Assembly: GCA_038087875.1 (NCBI GenBank)
Contig: JAXLNO010000555.1
Coordinates: forward strand, 1 to 64,000
Origin: Malacoraja senta
Taxonomy: Eukaryota
Length of the DNA: 64,000 nucleotides
Reading direction: 5' to 3'
Each line of letters begins with the position of its first letter. Position 1 is the first letter of the stretch. Positions 48,303 through 61,968 of the stretch are shown here, piece by piece. The notes beneath the pieces were generated by a model, which had not been told where the DNA came from, did not search any database, and saw only the letters and a program-made list of their open reading frames with translations. The position numbers and the translations under genes are program-made.

Positions 48303-49461
48303 TTTTTTTAAAATTTTATTTTATTTGTTTATTTTATTAGAAGTAAGTACAGTAATGTGGCACCAAGGTGCCTAATATATATTGACATGTTACATTTTAT
48401 GTACAGCTTCATATTTTTTTTTTCCCTTAACAATAAAAGAGAAAAATAAAGAATAGGTAATAAAGAAATAGAAAAGCGTGTGATGTCTAGATGTGTGATA
48501 AGGAAAAGGGAGGAAAGAGGGGAAGGAAAAAAAAAAGATAGAAAAAGAGGAAGTAGAAAGTAAGAGATTGTAGGAGATAGTTATTTATGTTCTTGACCAG
48601 TCCTGAAACAGTTGGTTTCTACGATTTTGTTGCACCATATGCTTCCAAGAAATCAATAAATGGAGACCAACTCGTTAAGAATTGGTCTGTTTTGTCTGTT
48701 AGGAGGAATCGCATTTCTTCAAGATGTGCGGTTTCCAACATGTTTGAAATCCACATTTTAAGCGTTGGTATGGATGTATTTTTCCAAAATTTAAATATAC
48801 GTTTTTTTGCCGTTATTAACTCATAATTTAAAAATGAATTTTGAAATGTGTTCAGTTTGTTCCCATCCGTTACTCCAAGTATAATCATTTCAGTGTTAGG
48901 CTCCATTTTTATCTTGAATAATTTTGTAAATATTTCAAAGATGTCGCTCCAGAATTTATGAAGATTTATGCAGGAAACAAAAGAATGTGTTATAGCGGCA
49001 TTTTGAGATAAACATTTATCACAAATGGGAGAAGTATTTGGATAAAATGGGAGAAGTATTTGGATAAAATTTAGTCAATTTAGTTTTTGAATAATATAAT
49101 CTATGTAGAATTTTGAATTGAATTAAGTTATGTCTTACGTTAATCGAGCATTTGTGTATATATATCAAATGCTTTTCCCATGTTTCATTCGTGATTTTTA
49201 TCATTAATTCTCGTTCCCAATCTTCTCTAAGTGCCTCTGTCGATGGTAGATCTATGTTTAAAATACTATTATATAAATATGATATTAATTTCTGTGAGTC
49301 AGCCTTAATATTCATTGCTTCTTCCAGTGGATCTAAAGTTAAAGTTTGATGTCTTTGTATATATTTCTTCATGAAGTCGCAGATCTGAAGGTATTTAAAA
49401 TATTGGTTATTTTTCAGCTTAAATTTTAATTCTAATTGTTGGAATGATAACAAATTTCCCA
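48303..49461 (-). mobile_element. 5'-truncated L1 inserted in the 3' LTR of ERV B
   Basis: Same subfamily as 8092-9867. T-rich tail at 48303-48338. LTR sequence resumes at ~49464. Confidence 0.92.
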
Positions 49462-52400
49462 TGTGCCAGGCAGATACAAGGATCGAACCCGCGGTTGTTT
49501 AAGTATCGTATAGGGGAATTTGTTGTTCTATCCAAAAATAAAGTTAGTTGTTCCAGTGTTTGAATCAGTGTTTTATTGACTGAACTAGACTGGAGGGATG
49601 TTTAGAAGAGCTTATTTACACTTTCACTTATCAAACATTGCCCCATCCCCACTTCTCTTTTCCAACTTTCAACCCACCCTACTTCAATCAGTTTGAAGTA
49701 GGCCTGATCCAAAACATCTTCTATCCATTCCCTCCACATATGCTACCCGACTCATCAAGTTCCTCCAGCACTTCACTGTTTGCTCAAGATTCCAGCATCT
49801 TAAGTTTCTTGCATTTCTCTGAATATTCCATTACCAGATTCCAATCTTTGAATATAAATTCAGATTTTTTAAAAGATTTTATGTGGTCACCCATTGTAAA
49901 GAAACTAGGCAAATTCCCTCTTGCATTAATTTTGAAATGAGCAGTCAGCAAACTGTCCAGCTGCTTTCACGGTATGTTGGCCTTTTTAAGTCAGTGGGAC
50001 ATTACAAAGTTAATCGGAAATTAAATATAGATTTAAGCAGAACCAAACCAATTACAGCACATCGCTGTCATGTGATGTAGTGTAAAGGAGCTGCATAGTA
50101 ACATAGATGTAATTAAAACATTGCTGATATTTGTGGCAACTCGATCATGCATTCAAAGGCATTGGAGCCAAAACTAACATTTAAAATTAGTTATATTTTA
50201 AAAAAATCTGGATTATTGCACAAACATTAAAACATACAACATTACATGGTTGAACGTGTGATTTAGCCCAAACAATTTTTTTGGGTCTTCATGAATGGCC
50301 TCCTACTGCACCAACAATATCAGTCCAAGGATCAACAATTTTCAGAGAATTGTACAATTGTCCAAGAGGAAGATGAGAAGTCTACTTACTCTGGCAGGCA
50401 AGCCACAATTGCCTGTTTAATGCAAGCTCATTGTCAAATCTGGCTGACAATCTCTATTTCACCCTGGAAGAAACAGGAGATTGAGAAATTAAATCATATA
50501 GTGAGGTTGATTCCAACCATAAAGATCCTCTTACAAAAGGTTACACTATCAGACTAATTTGGATGCTTCAGGCACATTTCTTAACTCTATGAAATATCCC
50601 TCCCAATGCAACTCACTTTATTGCCTCTTTTTCTTTTCTTATAGGGGGATTCTGGGACATCACTCCCTAAAGTTTCAGAATCCACTATGGTGACTAAGAT
50701 GATATTTAGAATAGGAAGCACACTGGCTCAGCATGTAGAGCTGCTGCCTAATAGTGCAAGAAACCTGGGTTCAATGCCAGGTGACCTCCGATGCTGTCTG
50801 TGTGGAGTTTGCATATTCTCCCTGTGATCTCTCCAACTGCTCCGTTCTCAAGAGCAAAGGCTCTGGGATCATGACGCCCTGCTATTGCACAACTATAAAA
50901 ATCTAGAGAACACACTCTAGATTAGAAAGGGTGTCAGGGCTATTGGGCAAAGGCAGAAGAATGGGGTTGAAAGGGAAAGATAGATCAGCCATGATTGAAT
51001 GGTAGAGTAAACTTGATGGGCCAAATGGCTTAATTTCGCTCCTAGAACTTATGAACATGAACACAAAGTGCTGGAGTAACTCAGCTGGTAAGGCAGCATC
51101 TCAGGAGGATATGGATTGGTGATATTTCATGTTGCGACACTTCTTCAGACCCTTCTTTAAATCTTCTTCTGTAAACCAACATCTGCAGTTCCTTGTTTCT
51201 ATTAAATAATAGCTTTCTCATTCAGAGCAGTAGTGAGAGAACTCTGCACATTTTGCACTGATTATCTTCCAGGTGTGATGTTTATCCAAGACCCTCCTTA
51301 CTCTCTCTAGAAGGCATAAAAATCACATTGATGTTTTGAAGTAGAGAATTCTTCCTGGAGTTCTGGTTAATGAGAATTTTTCATCCAACATTAGTAAAAC
51401 AGATGATCTAATCACTTCACAAATTATGGTGAATCACAATGGCATCTCGTGAAAACTGTTATATAATTGCAAATCTTTCTTTCAGTTTTCAAAGGACTTT
51501 CACCTCATGGTACCAATCACAATTATTATGTGGATGTGGACTGTAATTTGTGTGTGAACTAATTGAAGAAAATGTCACAAACTGGCAGATGTCCTGAATG
51601 ATGTTTGCAACTATTAACATCAGTCCTCATAACAATGGGTCTGAAAAAGCAGCTGTCAGTGCTTCTTGCTACTTGCTTTCATTATGCATCAAAGATAAAA
51701 ATGACATATTGAACCTGGAAATCATGAAGAATCTGATTATAAAGCTACATTTTCATGTTTGAGAGTGAAAAAGATGCATGGTATAAAATAAAACGTAGAA
51801 TGCACAGTTGTTATGTACGATTTCAAAGTTACTATCTCTCTGCCAGATCCCTCACAGATTATGATTCTCTATTAAAATAATGACAGAGGATTGGTTTTGC
51901 ACTGTAATTATTCTTGTTGTGTTGCACTGTCCTATGTGTAACTAAAAAAACACACAAACTGCTTGTGTAATCCAGAAGTTCAGGCAGCATCTCTGGAGAA
52001 CATGGATAGGAGATGTTTGGGTCCGGACCCTCCCACCCCAACCCAGAACATCACCCATATTTTTTCTCCAGAGCTTCTAGCCGACCTACTGAGTTACTCC
52101 AGCACATTGTATGTTTTTACCAGCATCTGCAGTTCCTTGTTTCTGTATTGCTGTGCGTTACTTGCACAATCCAGTACAATGCTATGAAGACCATGCTTGT
52201 CCTATATTCCAGTACTAATAGGATTCATTGATTAATTTTGATCAGGGAGCATTTATCTGCTTTAAACAGAATCAAGAATGCTGCTTTCAAAATTGAATAA
52301 CATGTGTTTCTAGACAAAAACAAAATGTGTTGTAGAAGATAGATTTCACATCATAGAGTAGCCGAACACTAAAACGAGTAAGAGGTCCATTTTCCATATC

Positions 52401-53269
52401 ACCAGATTTCATCTGCTCTTCTGTCCCAACTCTCAGTTCTTTGTTCTTTCAAACATCAGATTTGGGTCAGAGTCATAGAGTGATACAGTGTGGAACCAAG
52501 CCCTTCAGCCCAACATGCCCACATCGGCCGACTATGTTCCAGCTACACTAGTCCCATCTGCCTGCACGTAGTCCATATCCTCCAAACCTGTCCTATCCAT
52601 GTACCTGTCTAGCTGTTTCTTAAATGATGGGGGAGTCCCAGCCTCAATTACCTCCTCTGGCAGCTTGTTCCATACACCCACCACCCCTTTGTGTGAAAAT
52701 GTTATCCCTCAGATTCCTATTAAATCTTTTCCCTGACACATTGAACCTATATCCTCTGGTCCTCGATCCCCCTACTCTGGGCAAGAGACTCTGTGCATCT
52801 ACCCGATCCATTCCTCTCATGATTCTATACACCTCTATAAGATCACCCCTCATCCTCCTGTGCTCCAAGCAACAGATACCCAGCCTTCACAACCTGCCGC
52901 TATAGCTCACACCATCTAGTCCTGGCAATATCCTCGTAAATCTTTTCTGAACCCTTTCTTTTTTCTTTTTTTAATTTATTTTATTAGAAGCAATTGTACA
53001 AGAATATAGCAATCGACATGACAGTTATACAATTTTCGTACAGCTTCATTTTTAACGTTAATACCTAAATCAAAAAAAGAGAAGAAAGGAGAGAATGAAG
53101 AGAAAGAAGAAAAATAAAAGAAAGGAAAGAAAAGACCCCTAAACTACCAAAGAAGTGCGAGAGGAAAGAAGAGAAATAAGAAAAAGGAAGATGGAGATAT
53201 ACCCTACTAACCTTCCTCCACCCCCCCCCCCCCGCTCACCCATCTCTAGCAACGGTTTTTAATTTGTGT

Positions 53270-56200
53270 TCAACCATTCTGTTGTTGTAGAAATTCAGTG
53301 AAGGGAGACCATGTTTTGAAAATTTGATCTGCATTTTCAGCCAAAACAAGCCTAATGTTTTCTAAATGTAGTGTCTCGGACATATCAGTAATCCACATCC
53401 TCACTGTGGGAACTGTTGTCTTTTTCCAGAATTTGAGTATAAGTTTTTTCGCAGTTATTAGGCCATAGTCAAGGAAACGTCTTTGAAATATCGTTAACTT
53501 AGAACAGGCCTCTGACATACCTAATGTTATCAGTTTTGTATCTGATTCCAGTTTAATTTTAAGTATTTTAGAGAAGATATCGAATATTCTCCTCCAGAAG
53601 TTTTGTATCTTTATAGAGGAAGCAAAAGAATGGGTTAAAGTCGCTTCTTGGAGGTGGCATTTATCACAAATAGGGGAGATGGTTGGGAAGATCTATTTAG
53701 TCTTTGAGTAGTAAAGCCTATGCCGTATTTTAAATTGTATCAGGGAGTGCCTGACATTGAGAGAGTAGTAATGTATGTATAGTAGGCTTTCCTCCCAAAT
53801 ATCCTTTGAAATTAATAAACCCAACTCGTCTTCCCATGCTCGCCTATACATCTCAGAAGATGGAGTATGCACATTTAAAAGAGTGTTATAAATGTAAGAT
53901 GTTAACTTGCTTGTGTCGGCATGTCTATTCAAACAATCGTCTAATATATCTGGACCCATGAAACAACAGTCTTGTGTATATGTTTTCACATAATCGCGGA
54001 TTTGAAGATATCTAAAATGATTGCTTGCTTTCAAATGATATTTCTCCTGTAGTTCTTGAAACAAGAGGAAAATCCCCTTCTCGTAGAGATCTCCCACCGT
54101 TTTAATTCCTGAGTTTTCCATTGCGCAAACGCCTTATCTAATGTACACGGTTTAAACGAGGGATTGTTCGCGATAGGTTGAAGGAGAGAGAAATTTCTCA
54201 GTTTGAGACATAATTTCAACTGTTTCCAGATACGTAGGGTACTGTATATTATTGGATTTTGCTCATACGTTGATTTATTCAGATGTGTTGGAGAAAGAAG
54301 AATCGCGCCTATGTTAAAAGGCAAACAATCTTCCCTCTCCATTTTTAACCAATTTACCTGTTGACATGTATCATCCATCCAGAAAATTATGTTTTTAATA
54401 TTAGTCGCCCAATAGTAGAAAAGGAAATTAGGAAGAGCTAATCCTCCATTTTCTTTAGATTTACACAAGTGTCTTTTGTAAATTTGGTCAAAAGCTTTTT
54501 CTGCGTCTATGGAAATAATTGTTAAATCTTCGTTTATCGTTCAGTATGAATAGATTATATTAAACAAACGTCTCAAATTATAAAACAAATGTTGCTTACG
54601 TATAAACCCAGTTTGGTCTGGGTGTATTAATTTACTGATGTACAGACTTTGTCTTCTTGCCAAAATCTTGGCTAATATCTTCGAATCTGTTCAGCTATTG
54701 TCCTATATGATCCAGGCTCTTCAAGATTTTAATATTTTTTAGGTATCAATGTGATGGTTGATTCAGCAAGGGTTTGTGGTAAGGTCTGTTCTTTAAAAGC
54801 ATGTGTGTAAAGGGCACGTAAACGTGGAGAAATTGAATCATTTAATTTTTTGTAATATTCATCACTAATCCCATCCGGACCTGGCGTTTTTCCACTTTTC
54901 AGTGATTTAATAGTCTCTTCAATGTCTTTTATTGTTATCTCAGCACCTAATTCTTCTCGTTCCTCCTCATTAAGGCATGGGAGGTTGCAATTTTCAAGAA
55001 CATTTTTAATCTTTGCAGGGTCGGCCGATGTTTGTGATGAGTATAGGTTTTGATAGAATTTTAGGAATCTTTCATTAATGTCTTTGGGGAGTGTGAGCAA
55101 CTCTCCTTTTTCAGATCTGATTTTTTGATTGGTATGATCTTTCTCAATTGGCGTGCCAGAAGTTTGTGTGAATTAACACCAAATTCGAAGTTTTTTTTGC
55201 TTAGTACATTGAAATATCTTAATAACGTTTCCAGAGAGGATATGATTTAATTTAAATTTTAATACGGCTATCTTATTATGTTTAGCAGTAGTTGGGTCAA
55301 TCGCATTTTCGGAGTCAAGTTGTTTAATCTGTTTTTCTAGTTCCAATTGTTCTGACCTGTTTTTCTTACTTTGAAAAGCTTGGTACAAAATAATGCAGCC
55401 TCTGATAAAGGCCTTGAAAGATTCCCACAATAATGTGGCCGAGATACCGGGTGTGTCGTTTGTCCATCTGTTGCTTCAGATAGTCACAACAACTTGGCTC
55501 AGTTAGTATTTGCGGGTTAAATCTCCAGAACATTTTTTTATTATACATTCCATCTAATTTTAAGGAGAAGGTTAATGGACAGTGGTCAGAAATGATGTTA
55601 TTATGGTATTTGGGATTAAAGGTAAAAGGGATAAGTTTTGCATCCACCAAAAAATAATCAATTCGTGTATACGTTTTGTGAAAACCTGAATAAAAAGAGT
55701 ATTCTCTTCCGGAGGGGTTGGCAATCCTCCATACATCGGTTATGATTGTATTATTTATGTAGTTATTTAAAAGTTCACTGGATTTCGATTTTGAACTATT
55801 TCTCCTTTGCTGTGAAGATTTATCCAAATATTGATCTAGTACGCAATTTAGGTCTCCAATTATCAGATTCTTCTGACAGGAGTCTGAAATTATATTAAAT
55901 ATTTTATTAAAGAATTGTGGGTAATCGAAATTAGGAGCATTAATGTTCACCATAGTCAGTGGGGTTGAGTGTAGTTCCCCAGATATTATAATGTACCTAC
56001 CTTCCATATTGGCTATAGTGGATTTGTGTTTAAATGGTATACCTTTGTGAATTAGGATTGCAGTTCCTCTTGCTTTGGAAGAAAAAGTAGAGTGATATAA
56101 TTGACGAATCCAGCTACCCTTCAGCCTGTTATGAGCTCCATTTTTGAGACGCGTATCCTGCAAAAATATGTCAATATTAATAGATTTTAAATGGGCTAAT

Positions 56201-56292
56201 CCCTTGCGCCTTTTAATTGGCTCCTTAATGTCCCTGACGTTCCAACTACAAAATGCAATTCCTCCAATTTTCCTATCAGCGTCGTCTTGCAT
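53270..56292 (-). pseudogene. L1 ORF2 (APE endonuclease plus RT), disrupted
   Basis: Peptides SWNVR, IFLQDT, GDLN, TRIDYFL, SDHCPL, KSGKTPGPDG and ISIDAEKAFD. The RT core appears deleted near 54480. Confidence 0.9.
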
Positions 56293-56347
56293 TTTATAGC
56301 TTACATGGTCTCCTTTGATTCAAATGGCCCAACACAATATTTGAAAT

Positions 56348-57161
56348 AAGTTAAGTTATCCTTTATTGTCATTCTGACTTTTCAGTCTGAACAAAATGTC
56401 ATGCCTTGCAGTCATAACATAGAATAAATTAACAAAACACACAATAAACACAGATTTAACATCCACCACAGTGAGTCCTCACTGTGATGGAAGGCAAAAG
56501 TCATAAAAGTCCTTGTCTCTTCCCTCCTTCTTCTTCCTCTGTGTTGAGGCGATCCAGGCTTCCGATGTTGCAACCCCGCCGGGTGATGGTAAGGCCTGCG
56601 GCTGAATCCGAGCTCCGCGAACGGGCCGGTTCAAACTCCGCGGCCCGGGGCGTACAAAGCTGCCGATGCTGCCACCCTCCAGTCCAGCGGACGAAGCTGT
56701 TGCCGTGGGAGCTCCGGAAAACAGGTCACCAACCTGGGACCTGCGTGCTCCCGACGTTGTCGTCCACTGGGCCCGCGGCCGAGCCTCCGAGGCTCCGAAG
56801 TCGGGTCGCCTCCGCCGTAACACCACCACAGCCCCGAAGTCGGCCAGCCTTGTGTTGGAAAGTCCTGGCTCTGCCTCCGGAGCCTCGAGGTCGGTCCCAG
56901 TTGGAAGCCGCCAGCTCCGCCAGCTCCATCATTAGGCCTCAGCGCAGATGGGGATGGAGACGGGGGATACGACAAGAAAAGGTCGCATCCCACCGAAGGA
57001 AGAGACCAAAAACATGTTTCTCCCACCCCCCCCCCCCCCCACATATACACAACCAAAATAAACTAAAATAAACTGTAACAGGACAAAAAGAAAACAAAAA
57101 AAAAGAAAAGACAAACGGACTGCAGGCGAGCCGCAGCCGCAGCGCCGCCACTTCCGGAATC
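56348..57161 (-). mobile_element. GC-rich SINE-like element nested in the L1 inter-ORF spacer
   Basis: Head GATTCCGGAAGTGGCGGCG, hairpin at 56462-56491, tail ATGACAATAAAGGAT(AACTT)n. Confidence 0.7.
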
Positions 57162-58252
57162 TTTTGTGAAAATGAATCTTTTAGTTGCTGGGTGGGTGAG
57201 CCCTGTTCCATTTCCCCCTATCCCCTGGAGATATCTCCCAGCAAAAAGTGCATTAACAAGAATAGTTTGGCTATTTAGTCGAAAAGATAGAAAGTGAAAA
57301 AGAAAAACAACGGAAATTGCAGCATAAAGAAATGCTGCTAGTGAATACCTGTGGTGTGATTCATGATAACTTCCGTAGATGATGTTGATAACAAATAACT
57401 CTGCTCCTTAAGGAGTTAATAAGCACTAAACAGAACAGACCACAAAAAACAATGTATAAGTCCGTCAAGAGATCAGCGTTCCCAAGAGGTTGAGTATCTT
57501 ATTCTACTCCAATTAGGTAGTTAAATATTGGATACTTAGACTAATATATGGAACTTATTACATAACTTTCTAATATTAGTGTATTAAGCTATTAACCGAT
57601 TCAAAGTCGGTGAACTTGTAGCAACTTGTTGATTACAAATGAGGTTTACATATACAAAGCAGCCTCTCTCTCTCTCCCTCCCTCTCTGCCTCCCACTGCC
57701 TCCCACCACCTTTCCCACACATTCCGATTCAATCTCTAAACTTCCCCAAAACTTACCAAAACTTGCTCAATACTTCCCAACACTTGCCCAACCCCTCTCT
57801 CTCTCTCTTTCCCTCTCCCTGCCCCTCTCACTTCCCTCATCCCTCCCTGCTCTCCCAAAACTTTCCACAACTTTCTCTAACGAGCTCTCACTTACGCTGA
57901 CTCTCTCTAGCACTCCCTCGCTCCCACTCCCTCCCTCTCCTCTCTCTCTACTACTCAACCCCTACCCCTCCCCTTCTCTACCTTACTCCCTCTCTCTGTC
58001 ATACGATCTCTCAAGTTCTCTGTTTGACGTATTAACCGACTCTGTGTCAGCAACTTTATAGCAGCATATTAAATATAAGCAGTATAAATGCATAAAATAT
58101 AGATGAATTATAAGCCCAGTATAAACCCTAACCCTGATTATAACCACCGTATAACTGGATACACTATCAAATTAATTAAAGACAGTATAAATCCAGTGTA
58201 AATACAGTGTAGCCCTCTTGGTTGGCATCATGACATAAAGTCAGTAGCACAG

Positions 58253-59227
58253 TTAATTGTCTTTGACGGAACCCGCAGTATCTTGGGCAAACTTGAATGC
58301 TTGGCCCGGATCAGTGAAGAAGTGTTCAGTCGCGTTATATGTAACTCGCAGTTTGGCTGGATACAGTAGACCGAATCTGAGATCTGGTATGTCCCTCAGA
58401 ATGGCTCTCGACTTGGTAAAGAGTGCTCTTTTCTTGACGACTTCGGCTGGATAGTCTCTGAAGTTTCATATGTTATCCCCTTCAAAGGTTAGGTTTCTGT
58501 TGTTGGAAACTTTCTTCATGATGTCTTCTAAAACGTAGCAATGATGTACCTTCAGAATCAGCTGCCTTGGTTGAGCTGTGAGTCCTGGCCGGGCTCTCAG
58601 AGTTCGGTGCGGCCTGTCCAGTTTGGGTTTTTCATCCAGACTAAGTACATCTTGCAGTAATTGAACCGCAAAATCTCGAAGATTTTCACCATGTTCTTTT
58701 CCTTCTTTCACCCCAACAATCCTTAAATTCTGGCGTTTAGAACGCCCTTCCAGATCAAGACATTTTCAGTCACTTTGGCAAGTAACCCAGAAATACTCTC
58801 CAGTTCAGTCATCAGCCTGTGTGTTGTCTGAGCATTTTCGGCAGTAGTAGATTCCAATTCTCGAATAGCTTCGCTTTGTTTTTTTGAAGTAGCGAGACTT
58901 ACGGCTGATATCAGTTTCAAGCCTGTGAATTTCCCCCTTCAATGAGGAGTTCACCTCCTCTATGCGGGCATCTATCTTATCGATCTTATCACAGATTTCT
59001 GCTCTCCCAGCTGTAATTTCCAACTTTACAACCGCAAGTTGCTCACCCAATAAAGCTTTGATGTCTTCCACCAAAGGTTGTCTTGCTGCTTTCTCTTTGG
59101 GGTGCTCCATACTCGAAGTCGATGCTTCTGCAGGGCCTTCCTCGCTTTCCTCGCTTTCTGCTAGGCGTTTCTCCCGTGGTACTTTAGGTAATTTAGGCAG
59201 TCTTCTGGGGTAACATCTACCGGTCAT
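58253..59227 (-). pseudogene. L1 ORF1 (coiled coil plus RRM/CTD), frameshifted
   Basis: Heptad-rich N-half, then LEGRSKRQNLRIVGVKEG, LDRPHRTL..PRQLILK and FGLLYPAKLRVT. Confidence 0.88.
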
Positions 59228-61059
59228 TTAAAATGCCGGAATCGATTTCTGATGACGTCACTTACGCGACAGTAAGCGTCTGCCTGTAAGTGTTTTTTCT
59301 TCTGTCCATTTGTGATTTTTCGGCGGTTTTCCCGGTTTTAGCGAAGCGGAGCTAAACGGCGCACGTCTTAAGTCGCCATAGCGCCACCGGAAGTGTTTCT
59401 GAACCCTTTCAAGCTTGACAATATCTTTGCTATAACATGGTGCCCAGAACTGAACGTAATATTCTAAATACAGGTAGACAAAAATGCTGGGGAAACTCTG
59501 GAGCGAAGGAAATAGGCAACGTTTCTGGTCGAAGCCCTTCTTCATTCTAAATGCGGTCTCACTAAATGCGGTCTTATACAACTGCAACATGACCTCCCAA
59601 CTTCTATACTCAACACTCTGACATGAAGGCCAATGTGCCAAAAGCTTTTTTGACCACATTATCTACCTGTGACTCGAACTTCAAGGAACCATGCAACTAT
59701 ACTCCTAGATCCCTCTGCTCCACAACACTCCCCAGAGGCCTACAATTTACTGTATATGTCCTGCCCTTTTGCAACACTTCTCTGTATTAAATTCCATCAA
59801 CCAATCCTCAGCTGGCCAATCAATCCAGATCCTGCTGCAATCTTTCACAACCATCTTCACTATCTGCAAAACCACTCACTTTTGTATGTATCAGCAAACT
59901 AGCTAATCTTGCCCTGTATGTCCTCATCCAAATCATTGATATAGATGACAAACAGTAACAGGCACAGCAACGAACCCTGAGGCACACCGCTAGTCACAGG
60001 CCTCCAGTCTAAGAAGCAAACCTCCATCATCACCCTCTGTCTGCTTCGTTCCATGGAGCCAATTTGCTATCCATTCAGCTATTTCTCCTTGGTTCCCATG
60101 CAATTTAACCTTCCAGAGCAGCCTACCAAGCTGAACCTTGTCAAATGCCTTCCTGAAGTCCATGTACACAACATCTACAGCTCTGCCTTCATCGACCTAT
60201 TTGGTCACGTCTTCAAAAAATGCCTGTATAACATATCCCTCAGAATACTCTCTAGTAATTTTCCAACCACAGATGTTAAACTCACCAGCCTATAGTTCCG
60301 GCACCTCTCCTGTATTTAAGGACAACTCGTAAATTTCAACCATGCTCCTGCAATTTCCTCTCTAGTTTCCCGCAAAGTCCTCGGATATATCTAATCAGGT
60401 CCAAGAGATTTGTCTACCTTCATAAACGATCGTACCTTCAGTACTTCTTCGACGATAACACTGACTGCTCTCAAGACACTTCCATTGCCTGCCCCAACTT
60501 CCTCCATCCTACTGCCTTTCTCCTCGGTAAACACAGAGGTTAAATACTCATTTAGGACCTTGCCCATCTCCTGTGGCTCCACACAGAGGTGACTGCTTTG
60601 ATTCCCGAGAGGTCCCACTCTCTCTCCAGTTACCCTTTTCCCCCTTATGTATTTATAAAATCTTTTGGGATTGTCCTTAATGCTACCCACTAGACCTTTT
60701 TTGCCCCTCTGATCTAATTTTTTAGTTTACTCCTTAGTTCCTGAAACACCTCCAAGGATACAGTTGATCCCAGCTGCCTATACCTGTCACCTGCATTCTT
60801 GTTTTTGACAAATGCCTCAATTTCCCTAGTCAGTCAAGCTTCCTTACATTTTCCTGCTTTGCCCTTTACTCTAACGAGGATTTACATATCCTGAGCTTTC
60901 TTCAGTACACATTTAAAAACATCCCACTTGGCCGATGTTCCTTCCCCTCAAATAACCTGCTCAAGTCAACATGAGCAAGACATTCTCTCATACCCTCAAA
61001 GTTGGCCTTACCCCAGTTGAGCATTTTAACATATGAATGTTTATAACAGGATGTTTTAA

Positions 61060-61648
61060 GTGCCTGTCCCACTTAGGCAACTTTTTAGGTGAGTGCAGGA
61101 GACTCTGCGCTCGCCTCATGATCGCCACATGGTCACCACATTTTCGCTGGTGGTCTCTGGTGAGTCTCCTTCATGGTCGAGAGGAGTTCCTGCATTCTGG
61201 GAACTAGTCACGGCCTCAGTATGGTTGCAGCAAATTTTTCAACATGTTTTCTGCGACCAAAAATTGTCCGCCATGGAGAAAATCGATACTTTTGTAGTCC
61301 TAGGTGCAGTGGTAGTGGGGTCGCCATGTCATTGTAGGTAGTCGAGGCAGCCGTACGTAGTTTTAGTTAATCTCCTTTGCTGACTGGGCATTTTCATTGG
61401 CTCATTTGGGAACAAAAAACGTGAGCACGTATATTCAGAATCAAAGAAAACCGACCAGTAATGTTAAATGCCCGCTAAATTTTACAGCTGGGTATCTTTG
61501 GCTTATTAAAAGTTGTCTGGCTTCTTAAAAGTGTCTCCACCTTCTTCCCCCCCCCCCTTTTCCCCCTTCTACCACCTTCTCCACCCTACTCCCCCCTCTC
61601 CCCCCTTCTCCCCCCTTCTCCCCCCTCCTCCCCGTTCTTTTAAAGGAC
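61060..61648. mobile_element. Harbinger-type MITE (one part), interrupted by the coding Harbinger
   Basis: Starts AGTGCCTGTCCCACTTAGG. Reverse-complement match to ~40395-40958. Confidence 0.85.
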
Positions 61649-61968
61649 TAAAAGGTCTGTCACACTGTGCGAGTTGACCCACGAGTGACCCCGAGTGAAA
61701 GACTCGTGGTTGCGTACGATACTACAAGTTTATGATCCCGAGTTTAACCGAGTTCCCACGGGTATGTCTAAGTTTGCCGTTTACTTCTCATTTCTGCGAT
61801 GTTCCAAGTTCGTCTCCCGAGTGTACCAAGTTCCTCTCCCGTTAATCTTGAGGCAACAATGTATATCGACGTGTTGCAAAATCATCACAAGTTAAAAAAA
61901 TGATGTCATGCTTTTTTTTTACATACTATAAAAAGCCTGCCTTGTTTAAATTGGCTCATTTGGAGAAA

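Larger units (their letters stand above)
44201..49620 (+). mobile_element. Non-autonomous class-I ERV B (no gag), complete with both LTRs
   Basis: 5' LTR 44201-44980; PBS-Pro TGGGGGCTCGTCCAGGAT at 44982-44999; PPT at 47716-47725; 3' LTR 47726-49620 split by an L1. Flanks CTAT and CTTT (4-bp TSD, one mismatch). Internal 45830-47725 is colinear with 14930-16824. Confidence 0.92.
52959..59395 (-). mobile_element. Full-length decayed L1 (5' UTR, ORF1, long spacer, ORF2, tail)
   Basis: TSD TTTCTGAACCCTTTC at 52944-52958 and 59396-59410. 5' end reads CACTTCCGGTGGCGCTATGGCG. ORF1 ~59227-58253; ORF2 56292-53270 with deletions and frameshifts. Confidence 0.93.
52468..61030 (-). mobile_element. CR1 LINE fragment (52468-52958 and 59396-~61030) split by a full-length L1
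   Basis: Peptides IKDNPKRFYKYIRGKR, DKSLGPD, LEYYVQFWAP..LERVQK and RRMRGDLIEVYRIM. Confidence 0.85.

Noticed and set aside
49022..49069. 24-bp tandem duplication in an L1 ORF2 fragment
   Set aside because: A local slippage mutation in a dead copy, with no wider significance.
57639..58061. 140-aa Leu/Ser/Pro-rich ORF
   Set aside because: Translation of a low-complexity CT-rich tract antisense to the L1 spacer.
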